The notes beneath the pieces are model-generated. The model had not been told where the DNA came from, made no database searches, and saw nothing but the letters and a program-made list of their open reading frames with translations. From the NCBI GenBank assembly GCA_038078255.1, contig JBBUEH010000002.1, forward strand, positions 7,534 to 71,533: a stretch of DNA of 64,000 nt, read 5' to 3'. The position numbers were made by a program, and so were the translations under genes. Numbering within the stretch: position 1 is the first letter of the stretch; each line of letters opens with the position of its first letter. Source of the stretch: Patescibacteria group bacterium. Its GTDB lineage: Bacteria; Patescibacteriota; Minisyncoccia; Phycocordibacterales; UBA9973. Positions 29,579 through 44,306 of the stretch are shown here, one piece after another.

Positions 29579-30517
29579 TTATTTTTTGCTAATAATTTCT
29601 ATGGCCTGAGCAATAAGCGGAATAATGTCGTTATAAATACGAAGTTCCGGCACTTCGGACATCTCGAACCACCTGGCGCCGTCCAGCCCGCCAGATTTTT
29701 CCAGCAACAACTCCCTATAATCACTCGAAGCCAGAAAATACACAACTTGTTTTAAACTTTTGCCCTTGGACGGATGAGTAGCAACATATTCATTTTCGCC
29801 CAGTTTTTGTTCTATAACAATATCCAGCCCAATTTCCTCCTTGATTTCTCTTTTAGTGCCTTCTTCTATGTTCTCGCCGACTTCCACTTTACCCTTAGAC
29901 AAAGTCCAATATCCAAAAACATCATGCACAAAGGCAAATAAAATTTTGCCATCTTTTTTTGCATAAACCAACGCGCCGCCTAAATTTTCAACCGGCAATT
30001 TAGAAACATCCAGCGGCTCCTTGGACTCCTCTTCATTTTTCTTTTTACTTGTTTGTTCTTTGCCGGGCTCACCCAACTCTTTATATACTGCGCCCAAAAC
30101 TCCGTTGACAAATTTACCAGAATTTTCTCCACCGAAGGTTTTGGCTAGCTCTATCGCTTCGTTAATAGCTACTTTGGGTGGCACTTCTTTTCGGTCGCCA
30201 AAAAGAAGTTCTGTCAAACCAATTCTTAAAATATTTCTATCCACCAGAGAAATTTTATCGATGGGCCAATCCGGCGCCGCCTTCTCGATAATTTCATCAA
30301 CAATCGTTCGCTTCTTTTGTACTTCATTGATCAAAGAAAAAACAAACTGATCATCCTCCAGTCCAGTGGCGAATTCTTTTAAATTTTTATCGAGAATCTC
30401 TTTAAGCTGTCCAGTTGAGGGAAGCTCGCCTTCGCCAAGCTTCGTCGAGGCAAGCAAGAAATCCCATTCGAAAAGAGTCTGGAGCACTATTGATCTTGAA
30501 AGGTGCCTATTTGCCAT
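29579..30517 (-). CDS. nusB: NusB fused to a C-terminal NUDIX domain
   Basis: [20 protein letters not shown], then [22 protein letters not shown] Nudix box. Confidence 0.92.
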   Translation of the reverse strand: MANRHLSRSIVLQTLFEWDFLLASTKLGEGELPSTGQLKEILDKNLKEFATGLEDDQFVFSLINEVQKKRTIVDEIIEKAAPDWPIDKISLVDRNILRIGLTELLFGDRKEVPPKVAINEAIELAKTFGGENSGKFVNGVLGAVYKELGEPGKEQTSKKKNEEESKEPLDVSKLPVENLGGALVYAKKDGKILFAFVHDVFGYWTLSKGKVEVGENIEEGTKREIKEEIGLDIVIEQKLGENEYVATHPSKGKSLKQVVYFLASSDYRELLLEKSGGLDGARWFEMSEVPELRIYNDIIPLIAQAIEIISKK

Positions 30518-30539
30518 AAATTAATGAACGAGGTGAGGT

Positions 30540-30770
30540 TTATTTGCCCGCTTCCGCCTGCTTTGCTTTTGTCTTTTTCTGTTTCTTTTCTATTTTCTTC
30601 ACTAAATCTAAAACTTTTTTGCCCCGATAAAACCCACAAGATACGCACACCGTATGGCGCCTCTTCAGGGCCTGACAGTTTTCGCACTTGGCAAAACTCG
30701 TACTTTTGAGCGCATGATGCGAGCGCCTATTCTTCGTATGCGATTTTGTATGTCTCATTCGAACTACCAT
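30540..30770 (-). CDS. rpmF: 50S ribosomal protein L32
   Basis: RRSHHAL, CENC..HTVCVSCGFYRG. Confidence 0.95.
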   Translation of the reverse strand: MVVRMRHTKSHTKNRRSHHALKSTSFAKCENCQALKRRHTVCVSCGFYRGKKVLDLVKKIEKKQKKTKAKQAEAGK

Positions 30771-30839
30771 AATATTTCCATCTTAGCACATTACTAACGA
30801 AAAGCAACAAAAAATTTTGGGAAAATAATTAAATATGTT

Positions 30840-32084
30840 ATGCTAAACGATATGGAAAACGAAAATCAGATGGATAAAAATGACCACAGGATTATTGGCA
30901 AGGAACTGGACCTATTCACCTTTTCTGAGCTAGTTGGACCCGGACTTCCTATGTGGACGCCCAAAGGCACCGTACTACGAGAAGAACTAGACAAATTTAT
31001 TTGGGAACTCCGTGCTAAATATGGATATGAAAGAGTCACCATTCCCCACATAACAAAAAAGGAATTATACGAAAAATCAGGACATTGGGATAAATTTTCC
31101 AGTGAGCTTTTCCGAATTACTTCCCGTGAAGGCAAGGAGTATGCTATGAAGCCAATGAATTGCCCGCATCACACTCAAATCTTTAATCGTAAGCCGCATT
31201 CATACAGAGAAATGCCACAAAGATATGCGGAGACAACGATGGTTTATCGGGATGAACAATCTGGCGAGCTCGGAGGGTTGACCCGTGTACTTTCTATCAC
31301 TCAAGACGACGCTCATGTGTTCTGTCGAGAGGGTCAGATCAAGGACGAATTTCTAAAAATTTGGGATATTGTTGAAAAATTTTATAATACTTTTGGATTT
31401 AGTTTAAAAGTAAGACTATCTTTCCGTAATTTAGAGGAACCAGAAAAATATCTAGGCACGCCCCTGATTTGGAATAATGCTGAAAAAATCTTGCGGACTA
31501 TTGCGGAAGAACGAGGGGCAGACTATTTCGAAGGACCAGGCGAGGCGGCGCTCTATGGACCTAAATTAGACTTCATGGCAAAAAATTCTGCTGGACGAGA
31601 ATGGCAAGTGGCAACTATCCAGCTCGATATGAATTTGCCCGAACGATTTGATCTAACCTGTATAAATGAAAAAGGGGAGAAGGAGAGAATCACAATGATT
31701 CATGCCGCCATTGCGGGCTCCTTAGAGAGATGCGCAGCAATACTCATCGAACACTTTGCTGGAGCATTCCCTCTCTGGCTCTCACCCGTGCAAGTAAAAG
31801 TTATTCCGGTACGCACCAATCACAACGAATACGCAAAAGAAGTTTTTAAATTATTGAAAGAAAACAACATCCGGGCAGAATTAGATGATGCTGATGAAAA
31901 TTTGGGTTCCAGAGTCAGAGATGCGAAAACAAATAAAATCCCCTACTGGATAGTGATCGGGGACAAAGAAATAGAAGCACAAAAAGTCACATTAGAATCC
32001 AGAGACTCTGGCAACCTCGGTCAAATGTCTAAAGAAGACCTCCTTTCAAAACTTTTAACAGAAATAAAAGAGAAGAAAAACTAG
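30840..32084 (+). CDS. thrS: Threonyl-tRNA synthetase, short form without N-terminal editing domain
   Basis: Begins at DHRIIGKELDLF; KPMNCP, QDDAH, YGPKLD, GSLER. Confidence 0.95.
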   Translation: MLNDMENENQMDKNDHRIIGKELDLFTFSELVGPGLPMWTPKGTVLREELDKFIWELRAKYGYERVTIPHITKKELYEKSGHWDKFSSELFRITSREGKEYAMKPMNCPHHTQIFNRKPHSYREMPQRYAETTMVYRDEQSGELGGLTRVLSITQDDAHVFCREGQIKDEFLKIWDIVEKFYNTFGFSLKVRLSFRNLEEPEKYLGTPLIWNNAEKILRTIAEERGADYFEGPGEAALYGPKLDFMAKNSAGREWQVATIQLDMNLPERFDLTCINEKGEKERITMIHAAIAGSLERCAAILIEHFAGAFPLWLSPVQVKVIPVRTNHNEYAKEVFKLLKENNIRAELDDADENLGSRVRDAKTNKIPYWIVIGDKEIEAQKVTLESRDSGNLGQMSKEDLLSKLLTEIKEKKN

Positions 32085-32179
32085 AATCTTATTCTAGGAA
32101 ATAAAAAATCGATCAAGGTTATGACCCCATCGTAAAGAAATTCTAATGCTTTTAATAAATTTTCCCTCGCATTTATCTA

Positions 32180-32213
32180 GTTTACTACTCTCACGGCCGT
32201 GAATATAGTAAAC
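32180..32213. repeat. 34-bp palindrome downstream of the PaaX/Cas2-like gene
   Basis: GTTTACTA-CTC-TCACGGCCGTGA-ATA-TAGTAAAC. Confidence 0.88.
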
Positions 32214-32223
32214 AAATATAACT

Positions 32224-32802
32224 TTAAAGCTTATTTATCTTTTTCAATGTTCCCATTTTACTAATTTCAAAAATTTCAATATATTCTAAAATCTTTAGTC
32301 TCTCTAAATCTAATAAAAAATCCTTTGGAATTTTTACCTTTCCCACCCAAACACTTTGATGAATCATTTTAAATCCTAAGTTTTTAATAACTTCTCTAAG
32401 CCAATCTCTTTTTCGTCGAAGTTTTTCAGGAATATCAAAACTTATGATAATTGAACTGTTTTGAGTAAATACTTTATAATGTCGATCAGGGAAATTACTT
32501 TTTAATTTATCGAACTTTCTTCTTCCATCGCTAGATATTGTAAACTTTGCGTTCTCCTTTTTTATCAGACCATCGTGTTTCATCTTAGATATAAACACGA
32601 CTAGTCGTCTTTTCCTCTCTTTAAGATTTTCTACTTGAAACTTGTTGGATTCGGAAAATCTTTGACGCTTTTGGTATTCGTATTCAATTTTGCTTCCACT
32701 GGCTCCATAGCCGGCATCTAAGACAGCACCGAAAAAATCAACTTGGGTCATTGCTCCGTCGTGAAGAAGTTCTAGGGCTTTTAATAAAATCTCTCCTTTC
32801 AT
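32224..32802 (-). CDS. PaaX-like protein: putative winged helix plus Cas2-like domain
   Basis: IISFDIPEKLRRKRDWLREVIKNLGFKMIHQSVWV; KMKHDGLIKK..FTISSDG wing. Confidence 0.8.
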   Translation of the reverse strand: MKGEILLKALELLHDGAMTQVDFFGAVLDAGYGASGSKIEYEYQKRQRFSESNKFQVENLKERKRRLVVFISKMKHDGLIKKENAKFTISSDGRRKFDKLKSNFPDRHYKVFTQNSSIIISFDIPEKLRRKRDWLREVIKNLGFKMIHQSVWVGKVKIPKDFLLDLERLKILEYIEIFEISKMGTLKKINKL

Positions 32803-32810
32803 ATATTCAA

Positions 32811-32844
32811 GTTTACCATACTAACGGCCGTGAGTACAGTAAAC
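32811..32844. repeat. 34-bp palindrome upstream of the PaaX/Cas2-like gene
   Basis: GTTTACCATACTAACGGCCGTGAGTACAGTAAAC; its reverse complement matches 32180-32213 at 28/34. Confidence 0.88.
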
Positions 32845-32866
32845 ATTAGTACAAAGTAACATACTT

Positions 32867-35286
<2,420 letters not shown>

Positions 35287-35303
<17 letters not shown>

Positions 35304-36753
35304 CTAAATTTTTTTCTATTATTTTATTTCCTTCATTGTACGCCACATGCATTTCTTCCCCATTTTTCTTAAACACTGTTCCTATTTCAAAAATTTTTAT
35401 TTCACTTAGGCCTAGAAATGAGGCATTTATTTTATTTAATTTTACACTCTCCAGCAATCCATCACTCAAATTCGTTCTCAAGAATTTTTTATCAGAAGCA
35501 CTTTGCATAACTTCTACTTCGCCCTTATCTCTAAAAGTATAAGTCATCACTTCATTGTATCCATCAGCTAATAATTTCTTCCTCACCCATTCTATTTTGG
35601 CGTAAGTTTCATTTACTTTAGGTTTAAAGTTTATTTTAGGTATATTCCCTTTTATTTTATCGTAACCCAAAATTCTTCCTATCTCTTCCGCCATATCTTC
35701 TTCTATCTCTAAATCAAGGCGCATCATCGGCACAGTTATTTTGAATACTCCTTTGTTTTCTGTATATACAAAATTATATCTTTTCAAAATATCTTCAATC
35801 TCATCACTCGACACATTCAAACCTAAAATTTTAGAAATTCTCTCTGCTGAAAAAGAAAGCTTTCGCTCTGCCTGTTTCTCTGGATAAGTATCTACAATGT
35901 CTTCAAACACTGCCTCTGGACACATCTCTAGAACTAAAGCCGAGAGTTCATGCATGGCATATGACGCAAGCTCGGGTGATAAATCATTTTCGAAACGCTT
36001 TCTGGCATCGGTAAAAATATTAAGCGCTTGACCTGTTTTTCTAGCAAACACTGGATCAAAATTATCAGCTTCCAAAATAAGGTCGGTCGTGGAAGTCGTA
36101 ATTTCTGCGTATTTGCCTCCCTTGATGCCCGTATCAAGCGGATTTCCTTCTCCGTCAGAAATAATTACCATTGTATTATTTAATTCCTTTTCTTCTCCGG
36201 TAAGTAAAGTTATTTTTTGTCCATTTTGAGCAGCGTTAATATTTAATCGAGCACCCTTTACTTTATTCAAATCAAAAGCATGAGTGGGTTGCCCACAATC
36301 AAACATCACTAAATTCGTTGCATCTACTATATTATTTATTGATCTCTGCCCAATTGATTCTAAATGTTTTACTACCCACTCTGGTGAAGGACCAATTTTT
36401 ACATTACGCACAATGCGCCCGACATGTCTGCGATCTTTTGCTGTATTTATTTCTATTTTTAATTCAGTTGGCTTGGATTCTGGAATTTTATATTTTGCCG
36501 TTGGATCAACAAAGTTAATATTCAAAAGTGAGGCAAGTTCACGAGCAATGCCTAGATGAGAAAGTAGATCATGCGCCCGATTTGGCAAAATATTTATATC
36601 AAAAATAAAATCACCACCCCCAGCCCCCTCCTCCCCAAGGAGGGGAGTTAGACTCTCAACCTCAGCAATATGATAAGTAATAATATCTGCTAGCTTCTCT
36701 GCTTCTGGAGCATCCGGTATATACCATTTAAGCCAATTGTAAGAAATTTTCAT
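35287..36753 (-). CDS. pheT: Phenylalanyl-tRNA synthetase beta subunit, N-terminal part (lacks B2; B8 split off)
   Basis: MKISYNWLKWY, PNRAHDLLSH, INNIVDATN, EDMAEEIGR. Confidence 0.92.
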
Positions 36754-36828
36754 CCCAGTACTAAAATTTTAAGTTGTTAATAATATTGGTCATGTTTTAT
36801 AATCAAAAATTTAGTACGGGACAGGTAA

Positions 36829-37521
36829 TTAGAATTGATTAAGTCGCAAATCTCCTTGATAAAAAAGACGAACATCTGGAATATCCCATTTCACCATCGC
36901 AATACGATCCAGCCCCCCACCAAAAGCAAAGCCTTGTACTTTTGTAGGATCAAGGCCGACATTACGGAGAACATTCGGATGAATCACTCCTGCTCCCATC
37001 ATTTCAAGCCATTTACCTTTGAATTTAGCAAAAACTTCTATTGAGGGTTCGGTAAAAGGGAAAAAACTTGGACGAAATTCTACCTCTACTTGTTCACCTA
37101 ACATTTTTTTATAAAATTGTGTAAGCACACCTTTTAAATGAGCTAAAGAAATATTTTCTCCAATCATCCCCCCATCTATTTGAAAAAATTGCATTTCATG
37201 AGTTACATCCGTTGCCTCGTTTCGAAAGACTTTACCAATTGAAATAAAAGCAAAAGGGGTTCTGCCTTCTTTGCCTGCTTGCTCAATAGTTCGTGCAATA
37301 ACAGCCGTAGTATGTGTACGAAGCACATACTCTTTTCTATTTTTTATCCAAAAAGTGTCTTGCATATCTCGCGCTGGATGATCATCAGGGAAATTTAAGA
37401 CACCAAAATTATACCAATCACTTTCGATTTCGGGACCATCAATCGTAATCTCAAAACCCATTTCAGAAAAAGCCTGATAAGCTTCATTTGCTAAAATAGA
37501 AAGCGGATGTTCGGTGCTCAT
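36829..37521 (-). CDS. pheS: Phenylalanyl-tRNA synthetase alpha subunit, short form
   Basis: HPARDMQDTF, LRTHT, FPFTEPS, GFAFGGGLDR. Confidence 0.96.
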   Translation of the reverse strand: MSTEHPLSILANEAYQAFSEMGFEITIDGPEIESDWYNFGVLNFPDDHPARDMQDTFWIKNRKEYVLRTHTTAVIARTIEQAGKEGRTPFAFISIGKVFRNEATDVTHEMQFFQIDGGMIGENISLAHLKGVLTQFYKKMLGEQVEVEFRPSFFPFTEPSIEVFAKFKGKWLEMMGAGVIHPNVLRNVGLDPTKVQGFAFGGGLDRIAMVKWDIPDVRLFYQGDLRLNQF

Positions 37522-37566
37522 GTTTTTATTCTATCAAATTAACTTCCACTCTACTAATCCTCTACC

Positions 37567-40482
37567 TTATTTATAAATCTTTGCCATTTTGCAATATTCA
37601 CATTCGGTGTTTTTGCCGTAAGAATTATATTTACATGGACGATTGATCCACTCTCCATTTTTTACAAGCTGGTCGTAGTCCACAATGTCTTTAATTAAAA
37701 GCTCAATTTCTTTGGAAGTTATCACTCTATCATAAAAAGCTTCTTTTGGATCTTTGGCTTCAAGAAATTCTAATCGGCTTTCACTTACATGAATTTTAGA
37801 TTTAACATTCTGCTCTAGTAGATACGAATACATCGCAAGCTGACGCAAGTAGCTACTCATCCTTCCCTCCTCATCCATTTTCTCTATCTCTCCCCTTTTT
37901 CTCACGCTTCCGGTTTTAAAGTCTGTCACCCGAACACTGTCGTGACTCAAATACTCCACCAAATCTATCTTTCCGTAAATATTCAAATGTGAAAATCTAT
38001 CGTCATGAAGTGAGACACTTTGCTCGTTCTCTCTTTTTGCATTAATAGCAGAAAGTCTGTTTGTTACCCATTTTGAAATAATTTTAAAAACTTCTTTGTT
38101 GTCTCCCGTTATTTCCCCCAATTCTTTCTGGTTGGGAACTTTTTTTAATTTCAGAATCTGATCAACGGCAAGATGCACTCTGTTCCCAAATTCTAAACTT
38201 TCAGACTTTGCCTCCGGCAGTTGGAGCAAATTTCTAAAATACCACTTCCATGGACATTCAAAGAAATTATTGAGGAGCGACACAGAAACCTTACGATCCT
38301 CATAGTCTTTAGCAACTAGTTTCGCCAGATCCACCACACTTGTGTGTTTTTCTTTTTTTATTTTCTTTTCTATGTACATTTTTGGATCATGTTCTAAAAT
38401 AATTTTTTCCGTTTCATCAGCTTTTTGTTTTTTAAAATTTATAGAGATATCGGAAATAATGTGAGCCAGCTCCTGATCTCTCTCTGTGTACGAATGAAGA
38501 GCATAGGAAATCGTGCAGAATCTTTTGGCCCGAGTCATCGCTACATATAATTCTCTTTTTAAAACTATTTCATCTCTTTTATGGACTGTTTCTTTGATGT
38601 ATTCTGGCAGAGTAAAACCATCTCGTTTGCTCCCGGCAAAAGATTTTTCATCCATGTGCGCTATCCACACGAAATCAAACTCCAGCCCCTTTGAACCATG
38701 TAAGGTTAACACTTTCACGCCTTCGTTGGGAGAAAAAACAGCGAGCGGAATACTCTCTCCGTAATCTTCTATTCTTTCTAAAAAATCTAAAAAATCTTTC
38801 AACTGAAGCTTGGAATTTTTCTCTGTCTGTCCCAAAACCAGATGAAGCATGGTTCTCAAAACTTCGATGCGCCCCACTAATTCTTCGTGGTCCCCTGCAG
38901 TATCAAGCAGAAATTCTGTGCCAACTTTTTGGATAAAGGAATAAAGTGGTAAGGTAGAATTCGAAAGCCATAATTTTAATTTTTGAATCCAAGTATTTAC
39001 TTCATTTTGACCATTAAATAAATCATTTTTTTCTTCTTTAATATTAAGTAAAGAAAAATCTCGCATCTTGTTCTCCTTTATAAACTCATGCGCTTTGAAT
39101 GGAGAAATTAAAGAATGTTTGTCGAAAAAAGAGGCCGCCAGCGTTACACCATCGCTCGGATTGGCAATAATTTTTAAAATCCGCAAAAATGCAAGGGCTT
39201 CCGGAATGTCAAAAAAGTCTACCTTCTCTCCGCTGGCTACTGATATTCCCATATCTTTCAAAATCATCACGACACTTTTTACTTGACGGTTTTTGGGAAC
39301 TAAAATAGCTACATCATTCAGATTGAGAGCTTCTGTTTTAATCTGAAGCGCGCAAGCAATGATTTCATCTCTCGGATAGTAAGCTTCCACTAAACGAAAT
39401 GCATGATTCTCTTTGTTGTTACTCTTCAGTTTGTTCGCAAAGAAAGTACTTTCCAGTAAATCATGAGCGGAGTCGAGAATCTTTTGAGTGGAGCGATAAT
39501 TTTCTATGAGGGAAATTAATTTTGCTTTTCCAAAGGTGCTTTTAAAATTTTCAAAATATTCAAGCGAGGCGCCTCCAAACCCATAAATTAACTGACGATC
39601 GTCTCCCACGACAAAAATATTTGGTTTATCAACACCCCTCCATATTTTTTCTAAAAATTCATTCTGCATACCACTCGAATCCTGGTGTTCATCTATCAAA
39701 ACATACAAGAAATTCTCTTTAATATAATTTTTTGCTTCCGAGGATTCTTCCACAATCAAAACAAGCGCTTCGAGAATATCATCATAATCAAATAAATTTT
39801 TTTCTTTCTTTTCCGTTTCATATAAACTATAAAACTTCACTGCTTCGAGTGTGCGGAGAAGACCTTCCATCCTTTTTTGCATTTCTTTTCTTATTTCACC
39901 CTTCCTCTCGCCCCGGGAAGAAATATTCAAGGGATCATTTTCGATATTATCAATCTCTTTTTTTATTTCATGCTCGAAATTCTTTGCCGTAATTCGTTCT
40001 CTCTTTAAAAAAGAAATTAAACTTTTTAAATCTTTGAAATACCGAGAGGTATCCGATCGTGGACGAATATACTCCCAATCATTCTGGTGTAAAATTTTAT
40101 CATACAAAACAATTGTGTCCCGCTCATCCATTAATTCTGGTCTTTCATTTAATCCCAAAACGGTAAAATATTTATCCAATATTTCCATGCCAAAACTGTG
40201 AAATGTGGAAACTTTTACTTTCGAGGCTTCAGGACCGATATATCTCCGCAACCTCTCCCGCATTGCTTTAACTGCCGAATTAGTAAAAGTCAAGCAAAGA
40301 ATACTGTCTGCTTTCGTATCAGTTTTCAGTAAAATATTTCCTATTCGCAGGGCCAGAATTTGCGTTTTCCCCGTCCCCGGACCTGCCACCACCATGACCG
40401 GACCGTCTATGGTATCAACGGCTTCTTTTTGAGCTTTGTTTAACTTTTTATATTCTTTTTGGAAGACATCATTCTTGGCCAT
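37567..40482 (-). CDS. UvrD/PcrA-like helicase fused to a PD-(D/E)XK nuclease with four Cys (AdnB/AddB-like)
   Basis: AGPGTGKT, DEHQD, GDDRQ, YVAMTRAK; ECPW..GKID..DFKTG..QLAMY..C..CEYC. Confidence 0.9.
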   Translation of the reverse strand: MAKNDVFQKEYKKLNKAQKEAVDTIDGPVMVVAGPGTGKTQILALRIGNILLKTDTKADSILCLTFTNSAVKAMRERLRRYIGPEASKVKVSTFHSFGMEILDKYFTVLGLNERPELMDERDTIVLYDKILHQNDWEYIRPRSDTSRYFKDLKSLISFLKRERITAKNFEHEIKKEIDNIENDPLNISSRGERKGEIRKEMQKRMEGLLRTLEAVKFYSLYETEKKEKNLFDYDDILEALVLIVEESSEAKNYIKENFLYVLIDEHQDSSGMQNEFLEKIWRGVDKPNIFVVGDDRQLIYGFGGASLEYFENFKSTFGKAKLISLIENYRSTQKILDSAHDLLESTFFANKLKSNNKENHAFRLVEAYYPRDEIIACALQIKTEALNLNDVAILVPKNRQVKSVVMILKDMGISVASGEKVDFFDIPEALAFLRILKIIANPSDGVTLAASFFDKHSLISPFKAHEFIKENKMRDFSLLNIKEEKNDLFNGQNEVNTWIQKLKLWLSNSTLPLYSFIQKVGTEFLLDTAGDHEELVGRIEVLRTMLHLVLGQTEKNSKLQLKDFLDFLERIEDYGESIPLAVFSPNEGVKVLTLHGSKGLEFDFVWIAHMDEKSFAGSKRDGFTLPEYIKETVHKRDEIVLKRELYVAMTRAKRFCTISYALHSYTERDQELAHIISDISINFKKQKADETEKIILEHDPKMYIEKKIKKEKHTSVVDLAKLVAKDYEDRKVSVSLLNNFFECPWKWYFRNLLQLPEAKSESLEFGNRVHLAVDQILKLKKVPNQKELGEITGDNKEVFKIISKWVTNRLSAINAKRENEQSVSLHDDRFSHLNIYGKIDLVEYLSHDSVRVTDFKTGSVRKRGEIEKMDEEGRMSSYLRQLAMYSYLLEQNVKSKIHVSESRLEFLEAKDPKEAFYDRVITSKEIELLIKDIVDYDQLVKNGEWINRPCKYNSYGKNTECEYCKMAKIYK

Positions 40483-40525
40483 AAATACATTTTAACACTT
40501 AAAGCAATTTAGCTCCATTTGCCGT

Positions 40526-40969
40526 TTACGATCGAGAAAGCGGTTGTAGATGTGCGGCAATACCAATAGCAGCTGATATTATCACGAGGTTTTTTATAAT
40601 GTATTGACCTTCTAAAGTAGGAACCAAGAAAGCACTCCAGGTAACTTCGGGCAACATAAACAAAGGCATGAAAGTCATAATCATATGTAAAAAAAGTAAT
40701 GGTATCACAATCCGCTCTAATCCACGAATAATAAAAAGAACACCAATCAAACATTCAAATAAACCAAAAAGAATAATGAAAGTACCAAAAGGCATGAAGC
40801 CTATGGTGTTCTCAAAAAGATTTTGTACTAACTGACTAGCTGGAGATAAACCTACAACCTTCAAAATACCAAAATAGAAAAAAACCACAAATAAAGAAAA
40901 CCGTGCCAAGGGCATTGAAATTCTTTTTAAAAAATCTATAATCTTAATATCGATCTTTTCAATTTGCAT
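40526..40969 (-). CDS. DoxX/DUF417-like membrane protein
   Basis: FGILKV, GLFECLIG, GQYIIKNL; four transmembrane helices. Confidence 0.75.
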   Translation of the reverse strand: MQIEKIDIKIIDFLKRISMPLARFSLFVVFFYFGILKVVGLSPASQLVQNLFENTIGFMPFGTFIILFGLFECLIGVLFIIRGLERIVIPLLFLHMIMTFMPLFMLPEVTWSAFLVPTLEGQYIIKNLVIISAAIGIAAHLQPLSRS

Positions 40970-40999
40970 ATTTGTATTATAGCAAATTTTAAAAATTCC

Positions 41000-41089
41000 T
41001 GGCGGAACCGGAGAGATTTGAACTCTCGAGACCCTTTCGAGCCTGCCACCTTTCCAAGGTGGTGCACTAGACCGCTATGCGACGGTTCC
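41000..41089 (-). tRNA. tRNA-Ser(GGA)
   Basis: Cloverleaf; CCACC-TTGGAAA-GGTGG anticodon arm, long variable arm, encoded CCA. Confidence 0.95.
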
Positions 41090-41138
41090 ATATTTACAAA
41101 GATACATTATTTATATATAAAATACCACCTCAATAAAA

Positions 41139-43250
<2,112 letters not shown>

Positions 43251-43305
43251 TTACCAAAACTATAATTACACACGATCTAATATTTCAGAATAATACTTAA
43301 TAATA

Positions 43306-44259
43306 TTAATCTATTTCAATAGCGTTAATTTGAGCGTTATCCACAACTGTGATAAATTGAATTATAATTTGACCGCTTCCGTTTGCAGTAGCAGAAAAAC
43401 TTTTATCCACCGCCTTAAAATTAGACCCGACATCTTGAATTATATCAAAATTTGTAAGCACAGATGTGCCATTTATATTTACATTAAAAACTCTTTGTCC
43501 TGGGCTACTCCAAAAAATTTCTGCAAACTTTAGTATCACAGTATAAGATGCGCTAGGTGTTAGACCTGTTACAGTATAAGTCATATTTCCATATCTTAAG
43601 TCCTGATAAAGTGTCTGATCGCTAGTTCCGATAATGGAATTAGTCGTTGAATATAGACTTCCACCTGAAAAACTATTATCTGCGCTCCAACTTCTAGAAA
43701 GTGAATCTGTATAAGCTCCACCTCCAGAATTTATCAAAGCAACCGGTACGACTGAAGCCGCCCCAACCCCATAGCTAGCTTTAATCTCTCGTTCAATACG
43801 ATTCGGGTTAGATGAATTGCAAGAGGGATCGCCAATATTGTATCCTTTGGAAGTGAGGGTGGTGACGATAAAAGGAGGATCGATGGCGGCATCTTTAAAA
43901 ACACTTACCTTGGCGCAACTTGTCCCATTATTACTCAAACCAGTAACAAGAAAAGTGTAAAGTCCTGTATTAGTTCCGGCAGAATAAGTAGGTATGCCAG
44001 CTGCGCAAGTCAAGGCTGTGGCCGGCCCAGCTACGGAGAATTTACTAACGGGCTTATCATTCATGAGCGCGCATTCGATGCCAGTATCAGCCGCAAAAAA
44101 GGCTTCATTGGTGTCTTTCGCCGAAGTGCTAAATTTCATTTCTTTAAGCGTAATATTAGAAACACCCAAAGCTATTGCCAAAATAAGGCTGGAGAGCGTC
44201 ACGGCAAAAAGGATGACGAATCCTTTTTTATTTTTAATTTTTAATATTATTTTTATCAT
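43306..44259 (-). CDS. PilX-like minor pilin with C-terminal malectin domain
   Basis: KKGFVILFAV, AFFAADTGIECAL; INSGG..LYQDLRYG..LKFAEI..RVFNVNING; start moved to 44259. Confidence 0.8.
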   Translation of the reverse strand: MIKIILKIKNKKGFVILFAVTLSSLILAIALGVSNITLKEMKFSTSAKDTNEAFFAADTGIECALMNDKPVSKFSVAGPATALTCAAGIPTYSAGTNTGLYTFLVTGLSNNGTSCAKVSVFKDAAIDPPFIVTTLTSKGYNIGDPSCNSSNPNRIEREIKASYGVGAASVVPVALINSGGGAYTDSLSRSWSADNSFSGGSLYSTTNSIIGTSDQTLYQDLRYGNMTYTVTGLTPSASYTVILKFAEIFWSSPGQRVFNVNINGTSVLTNFDIIQDVGSNFKAVDKSFSATANGSGQIIIQFITVVDNAQINAIEID

Positions 44260-44306
44260 TTGATTTAACGAAATCATGCCGCGCAATCGTCCATTAAAGC
44301 GCAGCG

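Noticed and set aside
32180-32844. CRISPR-Cas locus, suggested by the Cas2-like motif and 34-bp repeats
   Set aside because: Only two repeats separated by a whole gene; no spacer array, cas1 or effector genes in the window
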